The position numbers and the translations under genes are program-made. Of a stretch of DNA of 64,000 nucleotides, positions 19,783-31,937 are shown piece after piece. The stretch lies in assembly GCF_056712565.1 (NCBI RefSeq), contig NZ_CM160072.1; one strand, given 5' to 3'. The notes below the pieces were generated by a model. The model saw nothing but the letters and a program-made list of their open reading frames with translations. It was not told the origin of the DNA and did not search any database. How positions within the stretch are numbered: the stretch's first letter is position 1; each line of letters starts with the position of its first letter.

Positions 19783-20856
19783 ATGTCATTACAAATTGCT
19801 GTTGAAAAAGTGCGTTGGTTAGCTGCCGGGCTGCTGGAACTTAATGGCTGTGATGCCGATATCGCTCAGGATGTGGCGGAACATATGATTGAAGCGGAAC
19901 GTTATGGCTTTGCCAGCCACGGCGTCACGCTGCTACCGAAATATCTGGAAAATATCGCTCGTGGCGATGTAACCGCGAATGCCCGCCCGGAATGCTTAAC
20001 AAGTGAAGGTAATTTACAACGTTTTCATGCCCACAATGGCTTTGGTCAACACGCCGGAAAAGTGGCGGTAAATGCTGCCATCGAACAAGCAAAACACCGC
20101 GGTTTTTGCCTGTTAACGTTGTGCCATGCGCATCATTTAGGGCGTATGGGGCATTACGGGCAAATGGTTGCTGATCAAGGCCTGGCGATGCTGGCCATGA
20201 GTAACGTCACCGGGCGTCCGGCACTGGTCGCCCCGTGGGGCGGTGCGGAACCGCGTATGACCACTAACCCTTTCTGCTTTGCCTGGCCGTTCAGTGATGG
20301 GCGTCCGCCGATTCTGGTTGATTTTGCCACCAGTAGCATGGCGCTAAATAAAGCACGGGTAATGTCGTCCACCGGGAAGCAGGCCGCGCCGGGACAATTG
20401 ATCGATGCACAGGGGAATCCAAGCAATGATCCTGGGGTGTTATTCAGCAATCCTCCAGGGGCGTTACTGCCATTTGGTGAGCATAAAGGATTTGGCCTGG
20501 CACTGATGATTGAAATGATGGCGGGGATCTTATCTGGTGGTGACACGATCGCCGAAGATCATCAGACGGATGGATCTGCGCATAATCATCTTTTTGCGTT
20601 GATTATCGATCCTGATCAATTCACCGATCTGGCAGGGGAGAAAGGGCAGTTCTTTGCGGATTATCTGTTAGCTACGCAGCCTCAACCTGGCGGCAATCCG
20701 GTGATTTACCCCGGTATGCCAGAAGCTGCCAACCGGGAACGCAATGCGAAGATGATTACGATCCCGGTATCATTCTGGTCCTGGATAGTTGAACATTACG
20801 CCCGCAAAGGTATCGATTTGGGGTTACATCCTCAGGAATCAGCATTAGCTGGATGA
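19783..20856 (+). CDS. Ldh_2-family (malate/L-lactate dehydrogenase 2 type) 2-hydroxyacid/2-oxoacid oxidoreductase
   Basis: ORF-track ORF 19645-20856 trimmed to ATG 19783 (GAGGAAA SD; the upstream extension would overlap the transporter gene); 357 aa. Confidence 0.7.
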   Translation: MSLQIAVEKVRWLAAGLLELNGCDADIAQDVAEHMIEAERYGFASHGVTLLPKYLENIARGDVTANARPECLTSEGNLQRFHAHNGFGQHAGKVAVNAAIEQAKHRGFCLLTLCHAHHLGRMGHYGQMVADQGLAMLAMSNVTGRPALVAPWGGAEPRMTTNPFCFAWPFSDGRPPILVDFATSSMALNKARVMSSTGKQAAPGQLIDAQGNPSNDPGVLFSNPPGALLPFGEHKGFGLALMIEMMAGILSGGDTIAEDHQTDGSAHNHLFALIIDPDQFTDLAGEKGQFFADYLLATQPQPGGNPVIYPGMPEAANRERNAKMITIPVSFWSWIVEHYARKGIDLGLHPQESALAG

Positions 20857-22203
20857 TTCTGGTCGATAAACTTGCGGTTGAATCTGATGTTTGTTGAGTT
20901 TGTCATATAAAGTCTTGCGCGGCAGCTGTAATAGCCGCGCTGTCAAACTGACTTGGCCTTCCGTTTGTCGCAGCATATCTTCGATTAACTTTTTCTCGAA
21001 AGCATCAATGCAGGCGGTAAGGCCACTCTCTTCTTGCTGAGTCATTGGCACTGGCTGGTGGTGGGTCAGTAAACCGAGAACAAAACGCTCTGCATTGTGT
21101 TTAAGTTCACGTACATTGCCAGGCCAACTTTGTGATTGCAACCAGGCCAGTAACATGGGAGAAATATCAGGCAGAGGACGATTATATTTTTGTGCCGCCT
21201 GACTGGCGAACCAGTAAAACAGTTCAGGGATATCTTCTCGTCGCTGGCGTAGAGGTGGAATATTCAAGCTAACCACATTCAGACGATAATAGAGATCGAG
21301 ACGAAACAGATGTTCTTCGCTGCGACGCAGTAAATCTTCCTTGGTCGCTGCAATAACACGGCAATTCACCGGAATTAATTGATTGGCACCTAATCGTTCA
21401 ATGGTTCTTTCCTGCAATACACGTAGCAGTTTTACCTGCATTCCTGATGGCATTCCCTCTATTTCATCGAGAAATAACGTACCACCATTTGCATGTTCAA
21501 TTTTTCCAATACGCTTTTTAACCGCACCGGTAAATGCGCCCGCCTCATGACCAAATATTTCGCTTTCAAACAACGTTTCTGGTAAGCCTGCACAGTTTAA
21601 GGCAACAAACTGCCCCTGACGGCGGGTACTCCAGTGATGCAGCATTCTGGCGACGACTTCTTTACCACAACCTGTTTCACCATAAATAAGGACATCGGCA
21701 CCGGTATCTGCGACATTAAGGATCATTTTACGCAGTTGTTGCATCTGCGGACTACGACCAATCAGCACCGGGCCATTTTCCTGTTGCAGATTCGCCAGTA
21801 ATTGCTGATTTTCTAAAACCAATCGCCGTTTTTCTACCGCTCTGGCAATAATACTCAATAATTTATCTGAGCTACTTGGTTTCTCAATGAAATCGAATGC
21901 ACCATTACGCATGGCATCCACCGCCATTTCCACGTCACCGTGTCCGGTAATTAAAATAACCGGAATTTTGCTATCCATTTCGTTGATGTAACTGAGGAGC
22001 TCTAGTCCTGATATTCCAGGTAACCTGACATCGGTCAGTATAATAATGTTGGCTTGACTTTGAATAAGGGGAATACTGTGTTCTGCATCGCAACAGGAAA
22101 TAACACGATAACCAGCCAGCGTGAGCGTTTGTTCACAGGCAAAACGTACATCGTCACTATCCTCAATATAAACTATAGTAATTTCACTGGATTTATTATT
22201 CAT
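20845..22203 (-). CDS. kguR: sigma-54-dependent response regulator (NtrC family); matches KguR of the alpha-ketoglutarate utilization island
   Basis: 452 aa; receiver domain (IILTDVRLPG); AAA+ Walker A GETGCGKE; GAFTGA motif; C-terminal HTH. Gene name recalled from the UPEC literature, not verified here. Confidence 0.85.
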   Translation of the reverse strand: MNNKSSEITIVYIEDSDDVRFACEQTLTLAGYRVISCCDAEHSIPLIQSQANIIILTDVRLPGISGLELLSYINEMDSKIPVILITGHGDVEMAVDAMRNGAFDFIEKPSSSDKLLSIIARAVEKRRLVLENQQLLANLQQENGPVLIGRSPQMQQLRKMILNVADTGADVLIYGETGCGKEVVARMLHHWSTRRQGQFVALNCAGLPETLFESEIFGHEAGAFTGAVKKRIGKIEHANGGTLFLDEIEGMPSGMQVKLLRVLQERTIERLGANQLIPVNCRVIAATKEDLLRRSEEHLFRLDLYYRLNVVSLNIPPLRQRREDIPELFYWFASQAAQKYNRPLPDISPMLLAWLQSQSWPGNVRELKHNAERFVLGLLTHHQPVPMTQQEESGLTACIDAFEKKLIEDMLRQTEGQVSLTARLLQLPRKTLYDKLNKHQIQPQVYRPESSS

Positions 22204-24016
22204 GTTCTTCTCCCCATTCAGGCCAGGTTAATGTCATTACTGCGCCGCCTTCAGGATGATTACTGGCGTGGAGTGCGCCGTTCGAATTTCGGACAATTTC
22301 GCTGACTATTGCCAGTCCCAACCCCATTCCTCTACGTTTAGTGGTAAAAAATGGTTCAAATATGCGATCGACAACTTCAGGTGCAAAACCGCCACCGCTG
22401 TCTTTAATGGTAATAATAACTTTGTTATTTGCCTGGCGAATGGCGATATCCAGTCGTTTGTAAGAGCTACCTTCCATAGAATCTAAGGCGTTGCTAATTA
22501 AATTACTGAATATCTGTTCAAGACCGAGCTCATCGCAATTGACAAATAACGGCATGGATGGGGCTTTTATTCGTCGCTCAATGTTATTTTTCTCCATGCT
22601 GTGATTAAGTAACGCCACGGCGCTATACATCACTTTGATGACATCGGCAGAACCTTTAGGTACGCGATGGCGCGAGGCAAATGCTTTAAGTTCGGAAATG
22701 AGCTGCGTCATCCGCTCAATCACTGAAATAATGTGTTTCAGATTCTGTTCAACCTGCGGATACATCTCTTTTTTTAGCATAGTACGCGCGTTATCAGTAA
22801 GTGCGTGAATGGCGGCTAACGGTTGATTTTGTTCATGGGCAATTTCGGTTGCCATCTGTCCAAGCGCCGCCAGTTTGCTGGACTCTGCCAGTTCACTACG
22901 CGTAATTTGTAATACTTGTTCAGCCTGACTGCGCTCTTTTATCTCCTGTATTAATTTTTGATTGATCAATTCCAGGGCAGATGTACGCTCTTTAACCTGT
23001 TTTTCTAATGTTTCATTCGCCAGTGTTAATAATTGTTGTGCATGAGATCGCATTCTCCAGTATTTAATAAATAACAAAAACAGCAGGTAAATAATTAGTG
23101 TAATGACTAACGAAATAGCCCATGACCAGTACAGGTTATCTAAGGGGACCATAATTGTCATTTTCCAGTTAAATTCTGGAATGGCTATTTGTTGCGTATA
23201 ATATTGCGGGAATAAACAGAGTTGTTCTTTTTTATCTTTCAGGAAAGTAAAATTGCTCACGGTATAACAGGGATAATAATCCGCCGGTAAAAGATTGTCG
23301 AGACTATATTGACGGGTAGATTGTAGTTTTTGTTTTGCCTGAACAGGTAACGGTTGCAGTGTTCGCATTCGCCATGGCGATTTTGAACTTAAAAATATAA
23401 TCCCATGTTCATCATTCACGATAATATTTTCAGGACCTTCGGCCCATGCTTTTTCAATTTCATTAAGACTTATTTTTACTACTACAACACCGACAATTTT
23501 TCCTTTATCTTTTATACTTGTAGAGAGGAAGAATCCCGGTGTATTTGTAGTGCTACCAATACCGTAAAAGCGTCCATTTAAGCCAGACATGGCGTGTTTA
23601 TAATAGGGGCGATAGCTATAATTTTGCCCTACATAGCTGCCGGGGTCCTGCCAGTTGCTAGAAGCGATGGCCTTACCTTGGGTATCCAGAATAAATATTG
23701 CTGCGGTTTTGAGTTGAGTATTGAAATGTGCAATTCGTTGATTGAGTTCGCTGGACGTCATATCGTCAGGCGTAATTACCGCCTGACGGATGATATGGTC
23801 TGTTGAGAGCATATAGGGTAAAACATAAAATTGCTCGATGGTGGAATATAATGTGGACTTATACATTTCAAGCCGCATTTTATCGGTACCGGACAAGGTA
23901 TTAAAACGCAAGTGCAAAAAAGCGATTGAAACCGCGAGCATGATAAGAAAAAGTGAAATGCTTGTAATGTGAAATCGCCATTTGTTCTTAAATATATAAT
24001 TCCACGATATTTTCAT
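22196..24016 (-). CDS. kguS: sensor histidine kinase (DctB-like, periplasmic sensing domain); matches KguS
   Basis: 606 aa; two TM segments flanking a roughly 270-aa periplasmic domain; H-box ATEIAHEQNQPLAAI; ATPase G-box DSGGGF; stop overlaps the kguR start by 8 nt. Confidence 0.85.
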   Translation of the reverse strand: MKISWNYIFKNKWRFHITSISLFLIMLAVSIAFLHLRFNTLSGTDKMRLEMYKSTLYSTIEQFYVLPYMLSTDHIIRQAVITPDDMTSSELNQRIAHFNTQLKTAAIFILDTQGKAIASSNWQDPGSYVGQNYSYRPYYKHAMSGLNGRFYGIGSTTNTPGFFLSTSIKDKGKIVGVVVVKISLNEIEKAWAEGPENIIVNDEHGIIFLSSKSPWRMRTLQPLPVQAKQKLQSTRQYSLDNLLPADYYPCYTVSNFTFLKDKKEQLCLFPQYYTQQIAIPEFNWKMTIMVPLDNLYWSWAISLVITLIIYLLFLLFIKYWRMRSHAQQLLTLANETLEKQVKERTSALELINQKLIQEIKERSQAEQVLQITRSELAESSKLAALGQMATEIAHEQNQPLAAIHALTDNARTMLKKEMYPQVEQNLKHIISVIERMTQLISELKAFASRHRVPKGSADVIKVMYSAVALLNHSMEKNNIERRIKAPSMPLFVNCDELGLEQIFSNLISNALDSMEGSSYKRLDIAIRQANNKVIITIKDSGGGFAPEVVDRIFEPFFTTKRRGMGLGLAIVSEIVRNSNGALHASNHPEGGAVMTLTWPEWGEEHE

Positions 24017-24196
24017 TCATCATCCATTGAATGCATTTATATTTATCATCAGTATATTCCCTGAACAATGTTTGCGAGAACCAAAAGAGTGCCATTGTGT
24101 GAATGTGTAAGCAGAATAACCGTGGCAATGTGTGGTTTATCGCACAGGTATTCCAAATGTGATCATGCTCTTTTTATGTGACAAATCCGCAGATAA

Positions 24197-25006
<810 letters not shown>

Positions 25007-25116
25007 CAGAGCGGGAGAGCGTAATACTCTCCCGAATGCTGTTTTTTTAATCACACCTTTATCCTTTCGCTGTCTTGCTGCAAACTGATTAAGAGAGTTT
25101 TATCAAGGAGCAGCAC

Positions 25117-25533
25117 ATGTGGTATCAAAAGACGCTCACGCTTAGCGCCAAATCTCGTGGGTTTCATCTGGTAACGGATGAAATTCTGAATCAGCTGGCT
25201 GATATGCCGCGCGTTAACATCGGTTTACTGCATCTGTTGCTGCAACATACCTCCGCCTCTCTGACACTTAATGAGAACTGCGATCCCACCGTACGCCACG
25301 ACATGGAGCGTTTTTTCCTCCGCGCCGTTCCCGATAACGGAAATTATGAGCATGACTATGAGGGAGCAGACGATATGCCTTCTCATATCAAATCCTCAAT
25401 GCTGGGAACATCGCTTGTATTGCCGGTGCATAAAGGGCGTATTCAGACCGGCACCTGGCAAGGCATCTGGCTGGGGGAACATCGCATCCACGGCGGATCG
25501 CGTCGCATCATCGCGACACTACAAGGGGAGTGA
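25117..25533 (+). CDS. yjbQ: YjbQ family protein (UPF0047)
   Basis: 138 aa; conserved position and length. Confidence 0.85.
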   Translation: MWYQKTLTLSAKSRGFHLVTDEILNQLADMPRVNIGLLHLLLQHTSASLTLNENCDPTVRHDMERFFLRAVPDNGNYEHDYEGADDMPSHIKSSMLGTSLVLPVHKGRIQTGTWQGIWLGEHRIHGGSRRIIATLQGE

Positions 25534-25536
25534 AAA

Positions 25537-25893
25537 ATGACCATTTCGGAGTTGCTACAATATTGCATGGCAAAACCAGGCGCAGAACAGAGCGTGCATA
25601 ACGACTGGAAAGCGACGCAGATCAAAGTGGAAGATGTGCTGTTTGCGATGGTGAAAGAAGTAGAAAATCGCCCAGCTGTTTCGCTGAAAACCAGCCCGGA
25701 GCTGGCGGAGCTGCTACGTCAGCAGCACAGCGATGTGCGTCCAAGCCGCCATCTGAATAAAGCGCACTGGAGCACCGTGTATCTCGACGGTTCGCTGCCG
25801 GATTCGCAAATCTATTATCTGGTGGATGCGTCTTATCAGCAGGCGGTGAATTTGCTGCCGGAAGAAAAACGTAAATTGCTGGTGCAACTCTGA
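25537..25893 (+). CDS. yjbR: YjbR family protein
   Basis: 118 aa; starts 4 nt after the yjbQ stop. Confidence 0.85.
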   Translation: MTISELLQYCMAKPGAEQSVHNDWKATQIKVEDVLFAMVKEVENRPAVSLKTSPELAELLRQQHSDVRPSRHLNKAHWSTVYLDGSLPDSQIYYLVDASYQQAVNLLPEEKRKLLVQL

Positions 25894-25899
25894 AAGAAG

Positions 25900-25922
25900 A
25901 AGGCCGCTCTGAAAGCGGCCTT
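25900..25922. terminator. bidirectional stem-loop between convergent yjbR and uvrA
   Basis: AAGGCCGCT-CTGAA-AGCGGCCTT, 9-bp stem, read directly. Confidence 0.6.
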
Positions 25923-25927
25923 AACGA

Positions 25928-28750
25928 TTACAGCATCGGCTTGAGGAAGCGCGCCGTATGCGAAGCTTCGCACTCTGCGACGGTTTCTGGCGTACCGGAG
26001 ACGAGGATTTCGCCGCCCCCACTGCCGCCTTCCGGTCCCAGGTCGACAATCCAGTCAGCGGTTTTGATCACGTCGAGATTGTGCTCAATTACCACAATGG
26101 TATTGCCCTGATCGCGCAGTTTATGCAGTACGTCGAGCAGTTGCTGAATATCGGCGAAGTGCAGACCGGTGGTCGGCTCGTCGAGAATATACAGCGTCTG
26201 CCCGGTGCCGCGTTTTGACAGCTCACGCGCCAGCTTCACGCGCTGGGCTTCACCACCAGAAAGTGTGGTTGCGGACTGCCCGAGGCGAATGTACGTCAGG
26301 CCAACGTCCATCAACGTTTGCAGCTTACGCGCCAGAGCTGGCACCGCATCAAAGAACTCACGCGCCTCTTCGATGGTCATATCCAGCACTTCGTGGATGG
26401 TTTTGCCTTTGTACTTAATCTCCAGCGTTTCACGGTTATAGCGTTTGCCTTTGCACTGGTCGCACGGTACGTAAATGTCCGGCAGGAAGTGCATCTCCAC
26501 TTTGATCACGCCGTCGCCCTGACAGGCCTCGCAGCGTCCGCCACGGACGTTAAAGCTGAAACGTCCTGGCGTATAGCCGCGCGCACGGGATTCCGGTACG
26601 CCCGCAAACAGTTCGCGCACAGGTGTAAACACGCCGGTATAGGTCGCCGGGTTAGAACGCGGAGTACGACCAATTGGGCTTTGGTCGATATCGATCACTT
26701 TATCGAAATGCTCCAGTCCCTGAATATCGCGATACGGTGCCGGTTCGGCGATGGTCGCACCATTCAACTGGCGTTGGGCAATCGGGAACAGTGTGTCGTT
26801 AATCAGCGTCGATTTACCGGAACCTGAAACCCCTGTGATGCAGGTAAACAGACCTACCGGCAGCGTCAGCGTCACGTCTTTCAGGTTGTTGCCGCGTGCG
26901 CCCGTCAGTTTCAGCACTTTTTCTGGATTGGCGGGTACGCGTTTCTTCGGCACCTCAATCTTGCGTTTACCGCTCATGTACTGCCCGGTCAACGACTCAG
27001 GCACCGCCATAATCGCTTCCAGTGGACCTTCCGCGACCACTTCACCGCCGTGAACACCCGCACCCGGACCGATATCGATCACATGATCAGCGGCGCGAAT
27101 CGCGTCTTCGTCGTGCTCCACCACAATCACGGTATTACCGAGATCGCGCAGATGGATAAGCGTACCCAACAGGCGCTCGTTATCGCGCTGGTGCAGGCCG
27201 ATAGACGGCTCATCCAGCACGTACATCACGCCAACCAGGCCTGCACCAATCTGGCTCGCCAGACGAATACGCTGGGCTTCACCGCCGGAAAGTGTCTCTG
27301 CTGAGCGGGAAAGTGTCAGGTAATTCAGGCCGACGTTAACGAGGAATTTCAGACGATCGCCGATCTCTTTAAGGATTTTTTCTGCAATCTTCGCCCGCTG
27401 ACCTGCGAGTTTGAGATTGTTGAAGAATTCCATCGCATGACCGATGCTCATGTCGGAGATGGCGGGCAGCGGCGTATTCTCGACATACACGTGGCGTGCT
27501 TCCCGACGCAGACGGGTTCCTTCGCAGCTGGCGCACGGACGATTGCTGATAAACTTGGCTAATTCTTCACGTACCGCGCTGGATTCCGTCTCTTTATAAC
27601 GGCGCTCCATATTGTGCAGCACGCCTTCGAACGGATGACGACGAATGGAGGTATCGCCACGATCGTTCATGTATTTGAATTCAATGTTTTCTTTGCCAGA
27701 ACCGTACAACACCACTTTATGCACGTTCGCGCTCAGGCTGCCCCACGGCGCTTCGACGTCGAACTTATAGTGATCTGCCAGCGATTTCAGCATCTGGAAA
27801 TAATAGAAGTTGCGGCGATCCCAGCCACGGATCGCACCGCCAGCCAGCGACAATTCCGGATTCTGGATCACGCGGTCAGGATCGAAATATTGCTGTACGC
27901 CAAGACCGTCACAGGTCGGGCAGGCTCCCGCCGGGTTGTTAAATGAAAACAGGCGAGGTTCCAGCTCGCGCATACTGTAACCGCAAATCGGGCAGGCAAA
28001 GTTGGCGGAGAACAGCAGCTCTTCCGCTTTCGGGTCGTCCATATCCGCCACTACCGCGGTACCACCGGAAAGCTCCAGCGCGGTTTCAAACGACTCGGCA
28101 AGACGTTGGGTAAGATCGTCACGCACTTTGAAGCGATCAACCACCACTTCAATGGTATGTTTCTTTTGCAGTTCCAGTTTCGGCGGATCGGAAAGATCGC
28201 AGACTTCGCCATCAATACGAGCACGGATGTAACCCTGGCTTGCCAGGTTCTCCAGCGTTTTGGTGTGTTCGCCTTTGCGCTCTTTAATGATTGGCGCGAG
28301 CAGCATCAGACGCTTGCCTTCCGGCTGGGACAACACGTTATCCACCATCTGACTGACGGTTTGCGCCGCCAGCGGTACATCGTGGTCCGGGCAGCGCGGC
28401 TCACCAACGCGAGCGTACAGCAGACGCAAATAGTCGTGGATTTCGGTGATTGTCCCCACCGTAGAGCGCGGGTTATGAGACGTCGATTTCTGCTCAATTG
28501 AGATGGCAGGAGAAAGCCCTTCAATATGGTCGACGTCCGGCTTCTCCATCAGTGACAGAAACTGCCGCGCGTAGGCGGAAAGGGATTCAACGTAACGGCG
28601 CTGCCCTTCGGCATATAAGGTGTCGAAAGCGAGCGAGGATTTGCCAGAACCCGAAAGCCCGGTCACGACAATAAGCTTGTCGCGGGGGATAACGAGGTTG
28701 ATGTTTTTGAGATTATGGGTGCGGGCGCCCCGAACTTCGATCTTATCCAT
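25928..28750 (-). CDS. uvrA: excinuclease ABC subunit A
   Basis: 940 aa; [19 protein letters not shown]...; two ABC ATPase modules (GLSGSGKSS and GVSGSGKST). Confidence 0.97.
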   Translation of the reverse strand: MDKIEVRGARTHNLKNINLVIPRDKLIVVTGLSGSGKSSLAFDTLYAEGQRRYVESLSAYARQFLSLMEKPDVDHIEGLSPAISIEQKSTSHNPRSTVGTITEIHDYLRLLYARVGEPRCPDHDVPLAAQTVSQMVDNVLSQPEGKRLMLLAPIIKERKGEHTKTLENLASQGYIRARIDGEVCDLSDPPKLELQKKHTIEVVVDRFKVRDDLTQRLAESFETALELSGGTAVVADMDDPKAEELLFSANFACPICGYSMRELEPRLFSFNNPAGACPTCDGLGVQQYFDPDRVIQNPELSLAGGAIRGWDRRNFYYFQMLKSLADHYKFDVEAPWGSLSANVHKVVLYGSGKENIEFKYMNDRGDTSIRRHPFEGVLHNMERRYKETESSAVREELAKFISNRPCASCEGTRLRREARHVYVENTPLPAISDMSIGHAMEFFNNLKLAGQRAKIAEKILKEIGDRLKFLVNVGLNYLTLSRSAETLSGGEAQRIRLASQIGAGLVGVMYVLDEPSIGLHQRDNERLLGTLIHLRDLGNTVIVVEHDEDAIRAADHVIDIGPGAGVHGGEVVAEGPLEAIMAVPESLTGQYMSGKRKIEVPKKRVPANPEKVLKLTGARGNNLKDVTLTLPVGLFTCITGVSGSGKSTLINDTLFPIAQRQLNGATIAEPAPYRDIQGLEHFDKVIDIDQSPIGRTPRSNPATYTGVFTPVRELFAGVPESRARGYTPGRFSFNVRGGRCEACQGDGVIKVEMHFLPDIYVPCDQCKGKRYNRETLEIKYKGKTIHEVLDMTIEEAREFFDAVPALARKLQTLMDVGLTYIRLGQSATTLSGGEAQRVKLARELSKRGTGQTLYILDEPTTGLHFADIQQLLDVLHKLRDQGNTIVVIEHNLDVIKTADWIVDLGPEGGSGGGEILVSGTPETVAECEASHTARFLKPML

Positions 28751-28833
28751 TCACCTTTCCCGGATTAAACGCTTTTTTGCCCGGTGGCATGGTGCTACCG
28801 GCGATCACAAACGGTTAATTATGACACAAATTA

Positions 28834-28853
28834 ACCTGAATGAATATACAGTA
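28834..28853. promoter_or_regulatory. LexA (SOS) box in the divergent uvrA/ssb promoter region
   Basis: Bottom strand reads TACTGTATATTCATTCAGGT (CTGT-N8-ACAG core), 84 nt upstream of the uvrA start. Confidence 0.8.
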
Positions 28854-29003
28854 TTGGAATGCATTACCCGGAGTGTTGTGTAACAATGTCTGGCCAGGTT
28901 TGTTTCCCGGAACCGAGGTCACAACATAGTAAAAGCGCTATTGGTAATGGTACAATCGCGCGTTTACACTTATTCAGAACGATTTTTTTCAGGAGACACG
29001 AAC

Positions 29004-29540
29004 ATGGCCAGCAGAGGCGTAAACAAGGTTATTCTCGTTGGTAATCTGGGTCAGGACCCGGAAGTACGCTACATGCCAAATGGTGGCGCTGTTGCCAACA
29101 TTACGCTGGCTACTTCCGAATCCTGGCGTGATAAAGCGACCGGCGAGATGAAAGAGCAGACTGAATGGCACCGCGTTGTGCTGTTCGGCAAACTGGCAGA
29201 AGTGGCCAGCGAATATCTGCGTAAAGGTTCTCAGGTTTATATCGAAGGCCAGCTGCGTACCCGCAAATGGACCGATCAATCCGGTCAGGATCGCTATACC
29301 ACAGAAGTCGTGGTGAACGTTGGCGGCACCATGCAGATGCTGGGTGGTCGTCAGGGTGGTGGCGCTCCTGCAGGTGGCAATATCGGTGGTGGTCAGCCGC
29401 AGGGCGGTTGGGGTCAGCCTCAGCAGCCGCAGGGTGGCAATCAGTTCAGCGGCGGCGCGCAGTCTCGCCCGCAGCAGTCCGCTCCGGCAGCGCCGTCTAA
29501 CGAGCCGCCGATGGACTTTGATGACGATATTCCGTTCTGA
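29004..29540 (+). CDS. ssb: single-stranded DNA-binding protein
   Basis: ORF-track ORF 28941-29540 trimmed to ATG 29004 ([28 protein letters not shown]...); 178 aa; Gly/Gln-rich tail ending DDDIPF. Confidence 0.97.
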   Translation: MASRGVNKVILVGNLGQDPEVRYMPNGGAVANITLATSESWRDKATGEMKEQTEWHRVVLFGKLAEVASEYLRKGSQVYIEGQLRTRKWTDQSGQDRYTTEVVVNVGGTMQMLGGRQGGGAPAGGNIGGGQPQGGWGQPQQPQGGNQFSGGAQSRPQQSAPAAPSNEPPMDFDDDIPF

Positions 29541-29609
29541 TTTGTCTTTAAAACAATAGGGTATATTGTTTTAAGGTGGATGATTAAAGCATCTGCCAGC
29601 CATAAAAAA

Positions 29610-29632
29610 GAAGCCTCCGTTATGGAGGCTTC
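29610..29632. terminator. bidirectional terminator between convergent ssb and yjcB
   Basis: GAAGCCTCC-GTTAT-GGAGGCTTC preceded by an A-run (a U-run on the minus strand). Confidence 0.6.
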
Positions 29633-29638
29633 TACATA

Positions 29639-29920
29639 TCAAGTCAAAATCATTGGCCATTGTGGCGGTGTCTGATTCATCTCTTCTATCATCACCGACT
29701 CGATGTTGTGCCAGATGGCGGTGATATCCGCCATTGTGATGCCAAGCAACCCCATTGCGAACCAGCAGGCGGAAACTACGCCCAGACCGCTGCTGATCAC
29801 TGCAAGCCCGACATAATCAGCCCGACGAAAACGGATGTTGAGCGTGCTAGCCAGAAACATCATTACGGCACTAAGAAGTTGCCAGCGAAGAAGAACCACG
29901 CCAGTGGTGAGGGTAGCCAT
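29639..29920 (-). CDS. yjcB: small inner-membrane protein YjcB
   Basis: ORF-track ORF 29639-30019 trimmed to ATG at 29920 (MATLTTGVVLLRWQLL...); 93 aa as in K-12. Confidence 0.7.
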   Translation of the reverse strand: MATLTTGVVLLRWQLLSAVMMFLASTLNIRFRRADYVGLAVISSGLGVVSACWFAMGLLGITMADITAIWHNIESVMIEEMNQTPPQWPMILT

Positions 29921-30348
29921 CAAACAATTCCTCGGAAAAGAGCTGATGCCCTGGACAGCGCGGCGTTGTTCACGGGAGGCGTGATACACTCTGGCTATCG
30001 CGGGGCTTGCAGAACACAAAAATGAAACACTCTGTTTGTTTCATGAATTTTGTGAACTATATCACAATTGGTTGTTTGTTAGCCAGATTAGGCCGTGACT
30101 TTTATTGCCGTACAGATTATGTGTTTTTTCAGCGGCATTAAGGGTATATCTTCCCGCCGCCTCTGCATTCCTGAAGGTGATTAATTTTTAAGATCAATGA
30201 ATTATCGTCATCCTGGTGACGATTAAAAAGGTCTCAATTTTATATCAGGCAAAAGTGCTATTTATACCGTAAGATTTATCTAAAGACGTCGGTAGCCAGG
30301 GTTTCACCTTGCAATAACCGGGTATAAACAGGCAGGGAATTGATAGCA

Positions 30349-31935
30349 ATGAGTCATCGTGCACGACACCAATTACTGGCGTTTCCGGGCATTATCTTTT
30401 TAGTTCTCTTTCCCATCATTCTGTCGCTATGGATTGCCTTCTTTTGGGCAAAATCAGAAGTGAATAATCAGCTCCGAACCTTTGCTCAGCTGGCGTTGGA
30501 TAAATCTGAGCTGGTCATTCGTCAGGCAGATTTAGTGAGCGATGCAGCTGAACGCTATCAGGGGCAAGTTTGCACTCCAGCCCATCAAAAGCGAATGTTG
30601 AATATTATTCGTGGCTATCTTTATATTAATGAATTGATTTATGCTCGTGATAACCATTTTTTATGCTCATCGCTGATAGCGTCTGTAAATGGCTATACGA
30701 TTGCACCGGCCGATTATAAGCGCGAACCTAACGTTTCTATCTATTATTACCGTGATACGCCTTTTTTCTCTGGCTATAAAATGACCTACATGCAGCGGGG
30801 AAATTATGTGGCGGTTATCAACCCTCTCTTCTGGAGTGAAGTGATGTCTGATGATCCGACATTGCAATGGGGAGTGTATGATACGGTGACGAAAACCTTT
30901 TTCTCGTTAAGCAACGAGGCCTCGGCAGCAACGTTTTCTCCGCTGATTCATTTGAATGATTTAACCGTACAACGAAATGGCTATTTATATGCGACAGTTT
31001 ATTCGACAAAACGCCCAATTGCAGCCATTGTTGCGACTTCATATCAACGTCTTATAACTCATTTTTATAATCATCTTATTTTTGCGTTGCCCGCCGGTAT
31101 TTTGGGGAGTCTTGTTCTGCTATTACTCTGGCTACGTATTCGACAAAACTATTTGTCTCCCAAACGCAAATTGCAACGCGCCCTCGAAAAACATCAACTT
31201 TGCCTTTATTACCAGCCAATAATCGATATCAAAACAGAAAAATGTATCGGCGCTGAAGCGTTGTTACGTTGGCCTGGTGAGCAGGGGCAAGTAATGAATC
31301 CGGCAGAGTTTATTCCGCTGGCAGAAAAGGAGGGGATGATCGAACAGGTAACTGATTATGTTATTGATAATGTCTTCCGTGATTTGGGCGCGTATCTGGC
31401 AACACATACCGATCGCTATGTTTCTATTAACCTGTCAGCCTCCGATTTTCATACCTCACGGTTGATAGCGCGAACCAATCAGAAAACAGAGCAACATGCG
31501 GTGCGTCCGCAGCAAATTAAATTTGAAGTGACTGAACATGCATTTCTTGATGTCGACAAAATGACGCCGATTATTCTGGCTTTCCGCAAGGCCGGTTACG
31601 AAGTGGCAATTGATGATTTTGGTATTGGCTACTCTAACTTGCATAACCTTAAATCATTGAATGTCGATATTTTGAAAATCGATAAATCGTTTGTTGAGAC
31701 GCTGACCACCCACAAAACCAGTCATTTGATTGCGGAACACATCATCGAGCTGGCGCACAGCCTGGGGTTAAAAACGATCGCTGAAGGTGTCGAAACTGAG
31801 GCGCAGGTTAACTGGCTGCGCAAACGCGGCGTGCGCTATTGCCAGGGATGGTTCTTCGCGAAGGCGATGCCGCCGCAGGTGTTTATGCAATGGATGGAGC
31901 AATTACCCGCGCGGGAGTTAACGCGCGGGCAATAA
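30349..31935 (+). CDS. pdeC: cyclic-di-GMP phosphodiesterase PdeC (CSS-motif sensor plus EAL domain)
   Basis: ORF-track ORF 30340-31935 (TTG) trimmed to ATG 30349; 528 aa; EAL domain motifs EALLRW and DDFGIGYS. Confidence 0.9.
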
Positions 31936-31937
31936 AA

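Noticed and set aside
28989-29559. Several overlapping ORFs (29267-29500, 29320-29559, 28989-29279) around ssb
   Set aside because: Alternative-frame readings of the Gly/Gln-rich repetitive tail of ssb; only the ssb frame yields a recognisable protein.
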